Shown here piece by piece: positions 18,667 through 28,679 of a stretch of 61,525 nt of DNA. Numbering within the stretch: the first letter of the stretch is position 1; each line of letters opens with the position of its first letter. Position numbers and translations under genes: made by a program. The notes under the pieces were generated by a model that worked only from the letters and a program-made list of their open reading frames with translations, was not told where the DNA came from and did no database searches. Where the stretch lies: assembly GCA_037465745.1 (NCBI GenBank), contig DAPZRJ010000001.1, forward strand, positions 1-61,525, given 5' to 3'. The stretch comes from Candidatus Ruminococcus primaciens. GTDB taxonomy: Bacteria > Bacillota > Clostridia > Oscillospirales > Ruminococcaceae.

Positions 18667-19110
18667 TCAGGTATTTATTCCTGTTGAACCGAATCCGCCT
18701 GAACCTCTTGAGGTTTCGGAAAGAGCGTCAGTTTCCTCAATATCAGGCAAAAATATGGGTGTTACAACAAGCTGAGCAATTCTCATACCGGATTGAACCG
18801 TAAAATCCTTATTCCCAAGGTTTATTAAAGGTACAGCAATTTCTCCTCTGTAATCACTGTCAACAACACCAACACAATTGGCAAGTGTTATGCCGCTTTT
18901 GGAAGCAAGTCCTGAACGGGGATAAATCATCAGGGCGGCCTCATTTGTATCAATTTCAGCTGAAATTCCTGTTGGTATTTTTACAATTTCATTTTTGTGG
19001 ACTGTTATGTCACTTTCAATGCATGCACAAAGGTCATAGCCTGCACTTCCATTTGTAGCACGAGTCGGCAAAACAGCGTTTTCCTTTATTTTCTTTACTT
19101 TTAGTTTCAT
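18667..19110 (-). CDS. dut: dUTP diphosphatase
   Basis: SAGYDL, PRSGLA, GVVDSDYRGEI, RIAQLV, RGSGGFGSTG. Confidence 0.97.
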   Translation of the reverse strand: MKLKVKKIKENAVLPTRATNGSAGYDLCACIESDITVHKNEIVKIPTGISAEIDTNEAALMIYPRSGLASKSGITLANCVGVVDSDYRGEIAVPLINLGNKDFTVQSGMRIAQLVVTPIFLPDIEETDALSETSRGSGGFGSTGINT

Positions 19111-21158
19111 TGAATACCTCTGTAATATAAACCTCTTGTTATTTTTGGGGGATGATTAATTTTTTGTGAAGTCCATTTTGAAACAATTTCCTCAGCGTCC
19201 TGAGGACTTTCATTTTCAAGCATAATAACTCCGAAGTCAAGGCGTTTCAGGTCTGAAGCCTTGTCAGCCATAAACAGCAGTTCGGAATTTAAAATCTCCA
19301 CATAGTCCTTATCATGACATTTTACGGTGAAGCTTCTGCCTGTTCTGTCGGAAATTGTTTTTTTGCATCTTTGACAGCCAATTTCATTTCTTATTGGACA
19401 ATTTTTAGTAAGCATAAGCGGAAGATATCCGTATACAATAGCTCCGATTGGTATATTTGAATTTAATTTTTCTATCTGAATCAGTTTAAGCTCAAATGAA
19501 ACAACAGCATCAGAGAGTCCAAGAGCGTCAAGAGATGTAAGACTGTATGAATTGCATATATTAAGTCCGAAGTCGCCATGAAGTGTAAATCCTATTTCAT
19601 TTCCGATTTTTATGTATGCAGGATTTACGCAGAGAAGGTGACGAAATCCATTGGAGTACAGCTCGTTAAGCTGACTTATCAGCTTTTTTTCATCTGAAAT
19701 AAAGCGTGGAGGATTGATAATAAGCTTTGAAATATATTTCCTTTTATCACTGATAACAGAAAGACAATTTTTAAGCGGCAAAGCAAGCATATCAGCAGAT
19801 TTGAAAACTGCATCAGCTTGATTGATATTGCTGCAGTAAACATGAAGCTTAAAACTGTCTGATTTTCTCGGTTTGGATTTTACATTGGGAGTAAAATCAG
19901 TTATATCATAATTCGGCGTATTGTTTTCTATAATCAGCTTATAAAGCTTTTCCACAGATTTTCGCCTTAATTCATTAAGCTGTGAGGCGGGAACCATGAG
20001 TTCTGCGTCAATATCGGCAGTCGTGCTATCATATTCAAAAACAGTATCCCCAAGCTTTGAAAGCTGTTTTTCAATATACTGCTTGTCGATTGGCTTATTT
20101 ATGGCTGTTTGAGGAATTTCACCTGTAACCGTAACTGAAAGATTATTGCATAAAGCAGTAAGTTTTATCGGCAAATCAGCCTTTATGGCAATGTCAAAGC
20201 TGATTTTATAAACCTTACGCTCCTTGGCATAAGATTGACGTATTTCAGGCAAGATGTCTTTAGCGGCAATAACGTCACTTTTTTGACGAGTGCCGAACAT
20301 ATTTGAAAGATTGCCTGTAAAATATCCGTCAGTAAAGCCATCACGGGAAAAAACACTCCTAAGCATTTCGGTATCAGGTGTTAAGCCGTCACAAGCCTGT
20401 TTTAAGGCTGATACGGCGGACGCTGCATATTCCGGACGTTTCATGCGTCCCTCGATTTTAAGGGAGCATACTCCGATTGATTTCAATTCATCAATCTTAC
20501 TGATTAATGAAAGGTCTTTAAGAGAGAGTCCGCAGAAGTTTTTATTTCCGCATGCTGAAAACGGCAGACGGCAAGCCTGTGCACAGCAGCCTCTGTTAGC
20601 AGAACGTGAACCAATAACTGCTGACATATAGCATTGTCCTGAAACAGACATGCATAATGCACCATGAATAAAGACTTCAACTTCAATGCCTGTTTTTGAT
20701 ATTTCAGCAATCTGCTCCTTATTTAATTCTCTTGCAGAAACAACTCTTGAAAATCCCATTTCCCTGAGCAGTTCAGCTCCCTTTGCAGTATGGACAGTCA
20801 TTTGAGTTGAACCATGCAGAACGGCATTAGGAACGCATTTTTTAATAAGCTCAGCACAGCCTAAGTCCTGAACAATATATGCATCAATTCCGCATAGGGC
20901 AGTCTTTTTTATAAAGTCACAGAAGTCCAGTGTTTCAGAGTCGGTAATTACGGTATTAACGGCAAGATAAAGCTTTGCACTGTACAAGTGGCATAATTCA
21001 GCGGCTTTATGAATTTCATTTATATCAAAATTAGAAGCATTGCTTCGTGCAGAAAAATTTTTCCCACCTATGTATACAGCATCAGCTCCGCATCGCAAAG
21101 CGGCAATAAGCGACTCCATACTTCCCGCAGGAGCAAGTATTTCAGGAAATATACTCAT
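19107..21158 (-). CDS. Peptidase U32 family protein, long RlhA-like form (probable RNA hydroxylase)
   Basis: PEILAPAG, GADAVY, HGSTQ, HGALCMSVSGQC, SANRGCCAQACR, LKIEGR, KLGDT. Confidence 0.88.
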   Translation of the reverse strand: MSIFPEILAPAGSMESLIAALRCGADAVYIGGKNFSARSNASNFDINEIHKAAELCHLYSAKLYLAVNTVITDSETLDFCDFIKKTALCGIDAYIVQDLGCAELIKKCVPNAVLHGSTQMTVHTAKGAELLREMGFSRVVSARELNKEQIAEISKTGIEVEVFIHGALCMSVSGQCYMSAVIGSRSANRGCCAQACRLPFSACGNKNFCGLSLKDLSLISKIDELKSIGVCSLKIEGRMKRPEYAASAVSALKQACDGLTPDTEMLRSVFSRDGFTDGYFTGNLSNMFGTRQKSDVIAAKDILPEIRQSYAKERKVYKISFDIAIKADLPIKLTALCNNLSVTVTGEIPQTAINKPIDKQYIEKQLSKLGDTVFEYDSTTADIDAELMVPASQLNELRRKSVEKLYKLIIENNTPNYDITDFTPNVKSKPRKSDSFKLHVYCSNINQADAVFKSADMLALPLKNCLSVISDKRKYISKLIINPPRFISDEKKLISQLNELYSNGFRHLLCVNPAYIKIGNEIGFTLHGDFGLNICNSYSLTSLDALGLSDAVVSFELKLIQIEKLNSNIPIGAIVYGYLPLMLTKNCPIRNEIGCQRCKKTISDRTGRSFTVKCHDKDYVEILNSELLFMADKASDLKRLDFGVIMLENESPQDAEEIVSKWTSQKINHPPKITRGLYYRGIQ

Positions 21159-21523
21159 TTTATACTGTCTTTAAGCTGTTTAAGCTTCATCAAATTTTCA
21201 AGCTGGTCGATTTTTGATTTAAGAACTTCAATTTCCTTTAAAGCGGCATCACGTTCTATTCTTGATTTTCCAGCTTCATCAACGTATTCCTTTGACTGGT
21301 CACGAATATTATCAAGACGCTTATTAGCTTTGTTAAGGTCGTCAAAAGCTCCGAGAGCCACCATAATAGCCGCAGTATATGGAGAAGCACCTGTGCCTGA
21401 TTCCATTATTTCATTTATTTTTGCTTCAAGGTTTCTTGCAAGTGCAAAAACATAATTCGGAGATTCAGCGGTTTTAAGTTTATATTCCTTTCCGCATATA
21501 ATAACTTTTACATCGTTAAGCAT
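21155..21523 (-). CDS. zapA: Cell division protein ZapA
   Basis: VKVIICGKEY N-terminus, AAIMVAL, C-terminal coiled coil. Confidence 0.85.
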   Translation of the reverse strand: MLNDVKVIICGKEYKLKTAESPNYVFALARNLEAKINEIMESGTGASPYTAAIMVALGAFDDLNKANKRLDNIRDQSKEYVDEAGKSRIERDAALKEIEVLKSKIDQLENLMKLKQLKDSIK

Positions 21524-21617
21524 TTTTATATCCTTCCTTTATACACATTAATCAATTATAATTATACTACATTTTTCTTCAGGATAAAAGAGTTTTTTAC
21601 AAAATATTGAAACAGCA

Positions 21618-22214
21618 TTAATAATATCTTTTTAATCCGACAACACGGCCGAGAATTTCAACCTCATCAAGAATAATCGGTTCCATTGAATCATTTTCAG
21701 GCTGAAGGCGGAAATGTCCGTTTTCCTTAAAAAAGCGTTTAACGGTAGCTTCTTCATGTTCTACGAGTGCAACAACAATATCATTGTTTTCAGCATACGG
21801 AGTTTGCTCCACAATTACAATATCACCGTCAAGAATGCCTGCATTAATCATACTTTCTCCTCTGACCTTCAAAGCAAAAAGCGGATTGCTGTAATGTCTG
21901 TCTGCTTCAAAGCTGATATAACCTGTAATATCTTCTATGGCAGTTATTGGAATGCCTGCCGTAACAGTCCCGATAACCGGAATGGAGATACTTTTTGAAT
22001 TTGGAAGTCGGAGGGAACGGTTAAGGTTATCCATTTTCTCAATGCGGCCGGACTCTATAAGAGATTCAATATATCTGTGTGCTGTAGATGTTGACTTAAA
22101 TCCCATTGCAAGCTGAACCTCTCTTACAGATGGAGAAATGCCTTCATCCAAGCGGCTTTTTATATATTCAAATACTTCAAGCTCTTTAATTTCTCTTTTT
22201 TTCACAATGTTCAC
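21618..22214 (-). CDS. lexA: SOS repressor LexA
   Basis: PSVRE...STST wHTH, VTAG cleavage site, GESM catalytic Ser, ATVK catalytic Lys, LQPEN. Confidence 0.95.
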   Translation of the reverse strand: MNIVKKREIKELEVFEYIKSRLDEGISPSVREVQLAMGFKSTSTAHRYIESLIESGRIEKMDNLNRSLRLPNSKSISIPVIGTVTAGIPITAIEDITGYISFEADRHYSNPLFALKVRGESMINAGILDGDIVIVEQTPYAENNDIVVALVEHEEATVKRFFKENGHFRLQPENDSMEPIILDEVEILGRVVGLKRYY

Positions 22215-23650
22215 CCTTCTCTGCTTTGCAGCTTTTTAAGAATCATTTTAGCAACCTTATATACGTCACCGCATCCGAGAGTTATAACCAAATCACCGTC
22301 AGAAGCATTTTCACAAACATAGTCGCAAACCTGTTCAAAATTCTGATATTTGCGTTCGTCTGTGTATTCAGCAGTTTCGTCCTGAGGAAAATAAATGCTG
22401 CCCTTTGTTTTTTCGGCGAGATGTCTTGTGAAAATTCCGAAAGTATTTTTTTCTCTTGAACCCATTATATCTGTCAGTACAGCTTTGTCAGGGATTGATA
22501 ATGCTTTTGCAAAATCATCCAGAAGAATTTTGGTTCTTGAAAATGTAAAAGGCTGAAAAACTGCCCAGACATTTTTATATCCCATATCCATAGCGGCTTT
22601 CAGTGTAACTTCAAGCTCCTTAGGATGATGTGCATAATCGTCAACGATTGTAATGCCATGTTCTTTTCCTATAAGTTCAAAACGTCTGCCTGCACCTCTG
22701 AAATCACTTAATCCCTGCTGTATTTTTTCAAATGGTACTTTAACATAGTCAGAGGCGGCAACAGCGGCAAGGGCATTCAGTACATTATGCATACCGGCAA
22801 CATGAAGTCTGATTTTTCCGAGCTTATCGCTTCTGCGGAACACGGTAAATTCTGTTTCCATGCCTGAAATACGCTGTATATCGCAAGCATAGTAGTCGTT
22901 TTTGCTGTTTAAACCAAATGAAATGATGTCTTTGCCGCTGATACCGTCAACAGCCTTGAGAGTGTTTTCATCATCACCGTTGATTATAAGAGCTTTTGTT
23001 GCCATTTCACTGAATTTTCTGAATGATTTGATAATGTTTTCAAGAGTTTTGAAATAATCAAGGTGGTCAGCGTCAATATTAAGAATAACAGCAATATCAG
23101 GATAAAGTTTAAGGAATGTATCAACAAACTCACATGATTCACATACCATAATATCGCTTTTTCCTGCAAGACCGCTTCCACCGATACATGGCAGTTTTCC
23201 GCCTATGAAAGCAGACAGGTCTATGCCTGCTGTATATAAAATCTGTGTTATCATTGATGTTGTGGTTGTTTTTCCATGAGTTCCGGAAACACAGACAGCA
23301 TTATCATACCAGCTTGTAACTATTCCAAGCAGTTCACTTCTTTCAAGAACAGGAACTCCGCTTGCCTTTGCTGCGATAAGCTCAGGATTATCTGCCATAA
23401 TAGCCGCAGTATGAACTATCAGGTCAGCTCCCTCAATATTTTCTGCACGCTGTCCGAGAAAAACAGGAATACCCATTTTTCTTACAGCTTCAAGGGTTTC
23501 TGTTTCATTGTTGTCGGAGCCTGTAAGGTAATAACCCTGACTGTGAAGAATCTGAGCCAGCGGATACATTCCCGAACCGCCTATGCCGATGAAGTGAATA
23601 TGCTTGCGTCCATTTAAAACATTAACTTTATTTTCTTTCAAAATAATCAC
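22211..23650 (-). CDS. murC: UDP-N-acetylmuramate--L-alanine ligase
   Basis: HFIGIGGSGM, GTHGKTTTT, NIDADHLD, DDYAHHP, FQP. Confidence 0.95.
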   Translation of the reverse strand: MIILKENKVNVLNGRKHIHFIGIGGSGMYPLAQILHSQGYYLTGSDNNETETLEAVRKMGIPVFLGQRAENIEGADLIVHTAAIMADNPELIAAKASGVPVLERSELLGIVTSWYDNAVCVSGTHGKTTTTSMITQILYTAGIDLSAFIGGKLPCIGGSGLAGKSDIMVCESCEFVDTFLKLYPDIAVILNIDADHLDYFKTLENIIKSFRKFSEMATKALIINGDDENTLKAVDGISGKDIISFGLNSKNDYYACDIQRISGMETEFTVFRRSDKLGKIRLHVAGMHNVLNALAAVAASDYVKVPFEKIQQGLSDFRGAGRRFELIGKEHGITIVDDYAHHPKELEVTLKAAMDMGYKNVWAVFQPFTFSRTKILLDDFAKALSIPDKAVLTDIMGSREKNTFGIFTRHLAEKTKGSIYFPQDETAEYTDERKYQNFEQVCDYVCENASDGDLVITLGCGDVYKVAKMILKKLQSREG

Positions 23651-23748
23651 CTTTTCCTTAAATTTGTTTTATTTTTGATAAAAAATTTCAGAATTTTCAG
23701 TATAGTAACATTTATTTTCCTGAATTTATTGCTTTATGTATAATTTTA

Positions 23749-23777
23749 TTGCTATTTTTGCAAATGTGAGTTATACT
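23749..23777 (+). promoter_or_regulatory. Sigma-A-like promoter for spoVG
   Basis: TTGCTA-17bp-TATACT. Confidence 0.5.
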
Positions 23778-23878
23778 AATAAAGGAGAGTTTATCCATTA
23801 TGAATATTTTACTCATTTTATGGTAAATATATCCATAGCAGCATCAAACTGTGAGTCATTAAACAAGGAGGTCATATT

Positions 23879-24172
23879 ATGGAGATCACAGATGTAAAAA
23901 TCAGAAAAATTATGTCAGAGGGCAGGCTTAGAGCTGTTGTATCGGTAACACTGAGCGATATGATAGCAGTGCATGACATAAAGGTTGTTCAGGGTGATGA
24001 AAGACTGTTTGTGGCAATGCCAAGCAGAAAAGACGAAAACGGAGTTTTTCGTGATATAGTACACCCAATTTCACCTGCGGCAAGAAAGATGCTGGAGGAA
24101 AGTATTCTTGAAGCTTATGAAAGACAGCTTGCTATGCTTGAAGCAGAAGAAGCTGATAATGCGGAAGAATAA
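23879..24172 (+). CDS. spoVG: Septation regulator SpoVG
   Basis: MEITDVKIR, VHDIKVV, LFVAMPSRK, FRDIVHPI; AAGGAGG RBS. Confidence 0.97.
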   Translation: MEITDVKIRKIMSEGRLRAVVSVTLSDMIAVHDIKVVQGDERLFVAMPSRKDENGVFRDIVHPISPAARKMLEESILEAYERQLAMLEAEEADNAEE

Positions 24173-24183
24173 ATTTCGCTTTT

Positions 24184-24214
24184 GACCTGCATTTTATAAT
24201 GTAGGTCTTTTTTT
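24184..24214 (+). terminator. Intrinsic terminator after spoVG
   Basis: gacctgcatt-ttat-aatgtaggtc followed by T7. Confidence 0.75.
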
Positions 24215-24222
24215 ATCTTGCT

Positions 24223-24257
24223 GCAATACTGCACAAGCTTTATACGGTTCTGCCTTA
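24223..24257. repeat. Degenerate repeat copy overlapping the nudF stop codon
   Basis: gcaatactgcacaag-ctttatacggttctgcctta; the terminal tta is the nudF TAA. Confidence 0.65.
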
Positions 24258-24797
24258 AATTCTTAAAATTCTTGCAGCCATGAGAATTGCAATCTTGGAC
24301 TTTGCATCTTTTATCTCATTATTCATAACCATTTCAGCCGCTTTTGAAAGCGGTATTTTTATTACATCCAAAAATTCACCCTCATCGAGATTTTGTTTTT
24401 GATGTTCAAGCCCTCTTGCCATATAAATATGAATTATTTCTGTATCATAAGCAGGTACAGGGTAAATTTCACCAAGATATGTGTATTCGGAGCAGGTACA
24501 GCCTGTTTCTTCAAGCAGCTCACGCTTTCCGCATTCACTGTGGCTCTCTCCATAATCGAGTTTTCCTGCCGGAATTTCTGTTGTTATTTCAGAAAACGGA
24601 TAGCGGAACTGTTTTACAAGCAGAACCTCGTTTTCGTCTGTAACAGGTATAACACCTACTCCTCCGGGGTGGTGAAGCACATCACGTCTTGCAGTGGTTC
24701 CGTCCTCCAATTCTGCTATATCTTTTGTTATTGTAAATATACAGCCGTCATAAGCAGGCTGACTTGACAAGGTTTTTTCATTCAGGTGCATAATCAA
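24255..24797 (-). CDS. nudF: NUDIX hydrolase (ADP-ribose pyrophosphatase-like)
   Basis: HHPGGV, KQFRYP, EIPAGKLD...RELLEETG Nudix box, IKDAKS. Confidence 0.85.
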   Translation of the reverse strand: MIMHLNEKTLSSQPAYDGCIFTITKDIAELEDGTTARRDVLHHPGGVGVIPVTDENEVLLVKQFRYPFSEITTEIPAGKLDYGESHSECGKRELLEETGCTCSEYTYLGEIYPVPAYDTEIIHIYMARGLEHQKQNLDEGEFLDVIKIPLSKAAEMVMNNEIKDAKSKIAILMAARILRI

Positions 24798-27256
24798 TCG
24801 TTCTCCGTATCAATAATCTTATTTTTCAGCATATCTGCATAATTGCTTGCTGCTGAAATTTTTTCTGTCGAATTATAGTCATAGAAATGCTTGTGATTTA
24901 CTGTTGTATTTTTGACTTTTTTTGTAATAAGAACAAGTATCAGCAGTCCTGCGGCACCAACAATGCTTATAATGAAGCCGGTAAAAAGCCCCGGAGTTCT
25001 GTATTTAAAGGTTATTACGTTATCTCCTGCATCAGCCTTGACAGCCATAAATCCGTATGATACCTTTTCTACATCAACAGGCTTTCTGTTTACTTCTGCA
25101 CTCCAGCCACTGTTATATGGTACGCTGAAGAATACAAGACTCGGCTTTTCAAGTGAGATCTCTGATTTAAAGCTGTAGGAGTCATATTCAAATGAACTTG
25201 AAGCCATTGACTGCTTTTCAATACAGTCGGATTCATAAGTGTTTTTGTTGAGTCCTATGAAAAGATTTTCGTCTGTTTGAGTAAGAATGTCACTGTACTT
25301 TTCGACCTGCTCATCAGATAAAATAAGCGATTTAATCATAATGCGTTCACGCATGGATTCACTCAGCTTTTCTGCCCTGTCTTCAGTTATATAGGTATTA
25401 TAAGCAAATCCCATAGGAATATAATGTTTATTTTCATAGATGTCAAAATAGTCATTGCTCTTAATGTATTTAAAGCCCGGAAGTTCTTTTTCTATTTCTG
25501 TTTCATTTTCATTGTCTGAATTATCTGTATTGCTGTCATAATAATACTTTACTGAGAAAAGCCCACGCAAAGTATAGTGGCTTGTATCAGCTCTTGAAGC
25601 AACGTCACGCTGTACGCCTATTTTATCATAAAATTCCATTATTGACGCTGAAACAACGCTCTGAAAAGCTCTCATTGACGGCAGTCCCCATGACATAGGG
25701 TAATTATCGTAATTTTCTGACATATCAACACGGAAAAAGTTATCTTCGCTTACTTGTTCTGCAACTGAAGACTTACCCTTAATTGCACCGTTTATGAAGT
25801 TCTGTGCATCTGACGGAGCGTTGGCACCATAAATAAGTGTTGAAAGCAGACAAGCAATTGATGCAGTTATAGTCATGATAATTGTAAATTCTATAAAAGG
25901 TTTGCCGTTTTTCTTTTTATGCTGAATGAAAATTAAGGCTGCAATACCTGCTGCGGCTATGAAAAGAGTGAGCAGGAAGTATCCGAAATCGTTTGCAAAT
26001 TCAAAAAATTTGATTTTATCGTCTTTATCCTTAATCGGAAGAAGAGATATAATTCCGAATGCAGCAAGAAATCCTATGCATGTTTTGATTCCGAAAGTGA
26101 AGTCGATATCCTCATTATCGAGAATTTGTGCAGTCATCATTGCCATAATCAGTATCGGCATATAGTACCATCTTGCGTAATATGAACTGTTGAACATATA
26201 AAAACTGCAGTTCAGAATAGGAATAAATGCACACAAAATGCATACTAAAGTGAGCTTTGATGCCCAGTGCTTTCTTTTTGCGTGAATAAATGATATTACG
26301 CCTGCCATTGAGAACAGCGGCAGGTATCCTCCGATAGATGCCCATTTGCCGTATTTTGAGTCAAACAGATTAGGTCTTGCGGGAACATCAGGAGGCATGA
26401 AGAATGATTGAATAATTCTTGGTATACGTGTTTTATCACCATAAATAACCATATCCTGACCGTAAAGACGTTCATTTACTCTGTAGTTTTCAAGGATTGC
26501 CAAAGCAGAAGGCAGAAGCATAAATGCGGCAATCATAGTACCTAAAACTGCTTCTGCTGCAAGACCCCAAAACTTTTTCCATGTAATATGAAAATCAGGA
26601 CAGCGCAGACGAATGAGAAAATAAATAATAAGGAAAATCGCCTGACCTGTAAAGAAAAAGTAGTTAATAATTGCCATTAAAGCAACAGAAAGTGCAAAAA
26701 CACCCTTTCTGTTATTATTTATGCGTTCTTCCATAGCAATTAGCATAAGAGGAAAGAAGGCTGTAACGTCCTGAAAATGATTGAAAAAGATATTATAAAT
26801 CTGAAAACCTGAAAAAGAGTATAGCAGGCATCCGACCAATGCTGCGTTTTTGCTTCTGACAAATCTGCGGATAAAGCCATAGGATGTGAGTGCGGCAAAT
26901 CCATGCTTCATTGCAAGCAGAAATGGCATTGAATAGGTGATAATTGCTTTCGGAAGGAGTGCTGATAACCAGAAAAACGGACTTCCTGCAAGATAAAATG
27001 AATAAGAACCAATAAAATCAGAGCCTAAATCGGTAAACCAGTTCCAACCCAGACTGCCGTTTCTTACTGCGTTATTTGCAAGTGTATAGAAGTGGATTTG
27101 CTGTGAATTATAGTCACCGTAGTAAATGAAATATCCGCTGTCAGCAATCATAATTGGCAGAACTGAAAGAAGAAGTATTCCGAAACCAAGCAAAAAAGCC
27201 GCAAGGTATTTTTCTTTTTCATTTCTTTCATATGTTAAAACAGTTCTTTTTGACAT
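24794..27256 (-). CDS. YfhO family GT-C fold membrane glycosyltransferase
   Basis: GDYNSQQ, YLAGSPF, many TM helices, C-terminal FSVPYNSGW.A.VN; GGAG RBS favours ATG 27256 over 27271. Confidence 0.85.
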   Translation of the reverse strand: MSKRTVLTYERNEKEKYLAAFLLGFGILLLSVLPIMIADSGYFIYYGDYNSQQIHFYTLANNAVRNGSLGWNWFTDLGSDFIGSYSFYLAGSPFFWLSALLPKAIITYSMPFLLAMKHGFAALTSYGFIRRFVRSKNAALVGCLLYSFSGFQIYNIFFNHFQDVTAFFPLMLIAMEERINNNRKGVFALSVALMAIINYFFFTGQAIFLIIYFLIRLRCPDFHITWKKFWGLAAEAVLGTMIAAFMLLPSALAILENYRVNERLYGQDMVIYGDKTRIPRIIQSFFMPPDVPARPNLFDSKYGKWASIGGYLPLFSMAGVISFIHAKRKHWASKLTLVCILCAFIPILNCSFYMFNSSYYARWYYMPILIMAMMTAQILDNEDIDFTFGIKTCIGFLAAFGIISLLPIKDKDDKIKFFEFANDFGYFLLTLFIAAAGIAALIFIQHKKKNGKPFIEFTIIMTITASIACLLSTLIYGANAPSDAQNFINGAIKGKSSVAEQVSEDNFFRVDMSENYDNYPMSWGLPSMRAFQSVVSASIMEFYDKIGVQRDVASRADTSHYTLRGLFSVKYYYDSNTDNSDNENETEIEKELPGFKYIKSNDYFDIYENKHYIPMGFAYNTYITEDRAEKLSESMRERIMIKSLILSDEQVEKYSDILTQTDENLFIGLNKNTYESDCIEKQSMASSSFEYDSYSFKSEISLEKPSLVFFSVPYNSGWSAEVNRKPVDVEKVSYGFMAVKADAGDNVITFKYRTPGLFTGFIISIVGAAGLLILVLITKKVKNTTVNHKHFYDYNSTEKISAASNYADMLKNKIIDTEND

Positions 27257-27423
27257 AAATTGAAACTCCATTATATAAAAATTACTAACCTATATTATAA
27301 CATATATAAAAAGGAAATCAAAGTCTTTTTTTAAAAAATGGGCATATAATTATTTTTTTCTGAAAATTTGAGGAAATTTGATTATAAACTATAGAAATTA
27401 TATTTAAAATGTGATATAATAGC

Positions 27424-27478
27424 TAAAGGCAACACCGTAAAAAAAGTCTTTTGACGTGATTTATGCGGTGTTGCCTTA
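27424..27478. repeat. Dispersed repeat, short form, at the predicted start of the iscS-thiI transcript
   Basis: taaaggcaacaccgtaaaa-aaagtcttttgacgtga-tttatgcggtgttgcctta; TGATATAAT ends at 27420. Confidence 0.85.
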
Positions 27479-27517
27479 ACGATGTGTTTTCGCAAATGAA
27501 AGGAAAGCTTTAATTTT

Positions 27518-28654
27518 ATGACTATATATCTTGATAATGCAGCCACAACCAAACCCTGTGAAGAAGCAGTGCAAAGCATAAATACTGCACTTACCGAGCT
27601 TTACGGCAATCCGTCCTCACTTCACTCAATTGGACTTGCTGCACAGCTTGCTGTAGATGAAGCAAGGAAAAATATTGCTTTAGCATTGGGCTGTCAGCAG
27701 GACTGCCTTTATTTTACATCAGGTGCAACTGAAAGTAATAATATTGCGGTAAGAGGTGCTGCAGCTGCATATGGAAAGAGAAAACCTAAAATAGTTACAA
27801 CGGCAGTTGAACATGCGTCAATAAGAGAAACAGTATCGGATATGGAAAGCAAAGGCTTTGAGGTTGTGAGAATTGCTCCCGATTCAAACGGAGAGATAAA
27901 TCCGTCAGATGTTTTAAATGCAGTTGACGAGAATACCTGTCTGCTTTCAATGATGCTTGTTAATAATGAAAACGGATATATACTGCCTGTTGAAAAAACA
28001 TTTAAAGCAGTAAAAAGACGATACCCCGATATTGTAACGCACTGTGACTGTGTACAGGGTTTCATGAAACTGCCTGTTAAATGCAGTGAGCTTAATGCAG
28101 ACCTTATTTCTTTGAGTGCACATAAAATACATGGAGCAAAAGGTGTCGGAGCATTATACATAAAAAAAGGTATAAGAGTTATTCCGATAATTACAGGAGG
28201 AAAGCAGGAAAAAGGAATACGTTCGGGAACTGAACCTGTACCTTTGATTTTAGGATTTGGTGCGGCAGTTAAAAAATATGCTGACTCAATTTCCGAAAGG
28301 TATGAAAGAGCATCGGAGCTTAAAAAATATCTTCTTGATGCAATTATTAATATTGATGGAATAACCGTTAATTCCGGGGAGAATTGTTCTCCGTATATAA
28401 TCAATTTATCGGTTGAGGGAATACGTTCGGAAATAATGCTGCATTTTCTGGAAGAAAAGGGTATTTATATTTCAAGCGGTTCAGCATGTTCAAAGGGTGC
28501 AAAAAGCGGAGTACTGGAGCTTTTTGGAGTAAAATCCAAAGCGGCGGACAGTGCAGTAAGAGTCAGTATAAGTACTGAAACCACAAAAGAGGAGCTTGAA
28601 ACTTTTGTTGAAGTCATAAAAGAAGCACAGCTTAAAATTATGAAAACAAAATAA
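27518..28654 (+). CDS. iscS: Cysteine desulfurase (group I, IscS/NifZ-type, partner of ThiI)
   Basis: YLDNAATT, GNPSSLH, TSGATESNN, SAHKIHG, RSGTE, SSGSACS. Confidence 0.9.
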   Translation: MTIYLDNAATTKPCEEAVQSINTALTELYGNPSSLHSIGLAAQLAVDEARKNIALALGCQQDCLYFTSGATESNNIAVRGAAAAYGKRKPKIVTTAVEHASIRETVSDMESKGFEVVRIAPDSNGEINPSDVLNAVDENTCLLSMMLVNNENGYILPVEKTFKAVKRRYPDIVTHCDCVQGFMKLPVKCSELNADLISLSAHKIHGAKGVGALYIKKGIRVIPIITGGKQEKGIRSGTEPVPLILGFGAAVKKYADSISERYERASELKKYLLDAIINIDGITVNSGENCSPYIINLSVEGIRSEIMLHFLEEKGIYISSGSACSKGAKSGVLELFGVKSKAADSAVRVSISTETTKEELETFVEVIKEAQLKIMKTK

Positions 28655-28679
28655 CACGATAAGTGCGAAAGGATATAAA

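Noticed and set aside
23781..23826. SigH-type promoter (AGGA...GAAT) and an 8-codon uORF upstream of spoVG
   Set aside because: AGGA-GAAT spacing is 15 nt, shorter than consensus; the uORF has poor RBS spacing and no support
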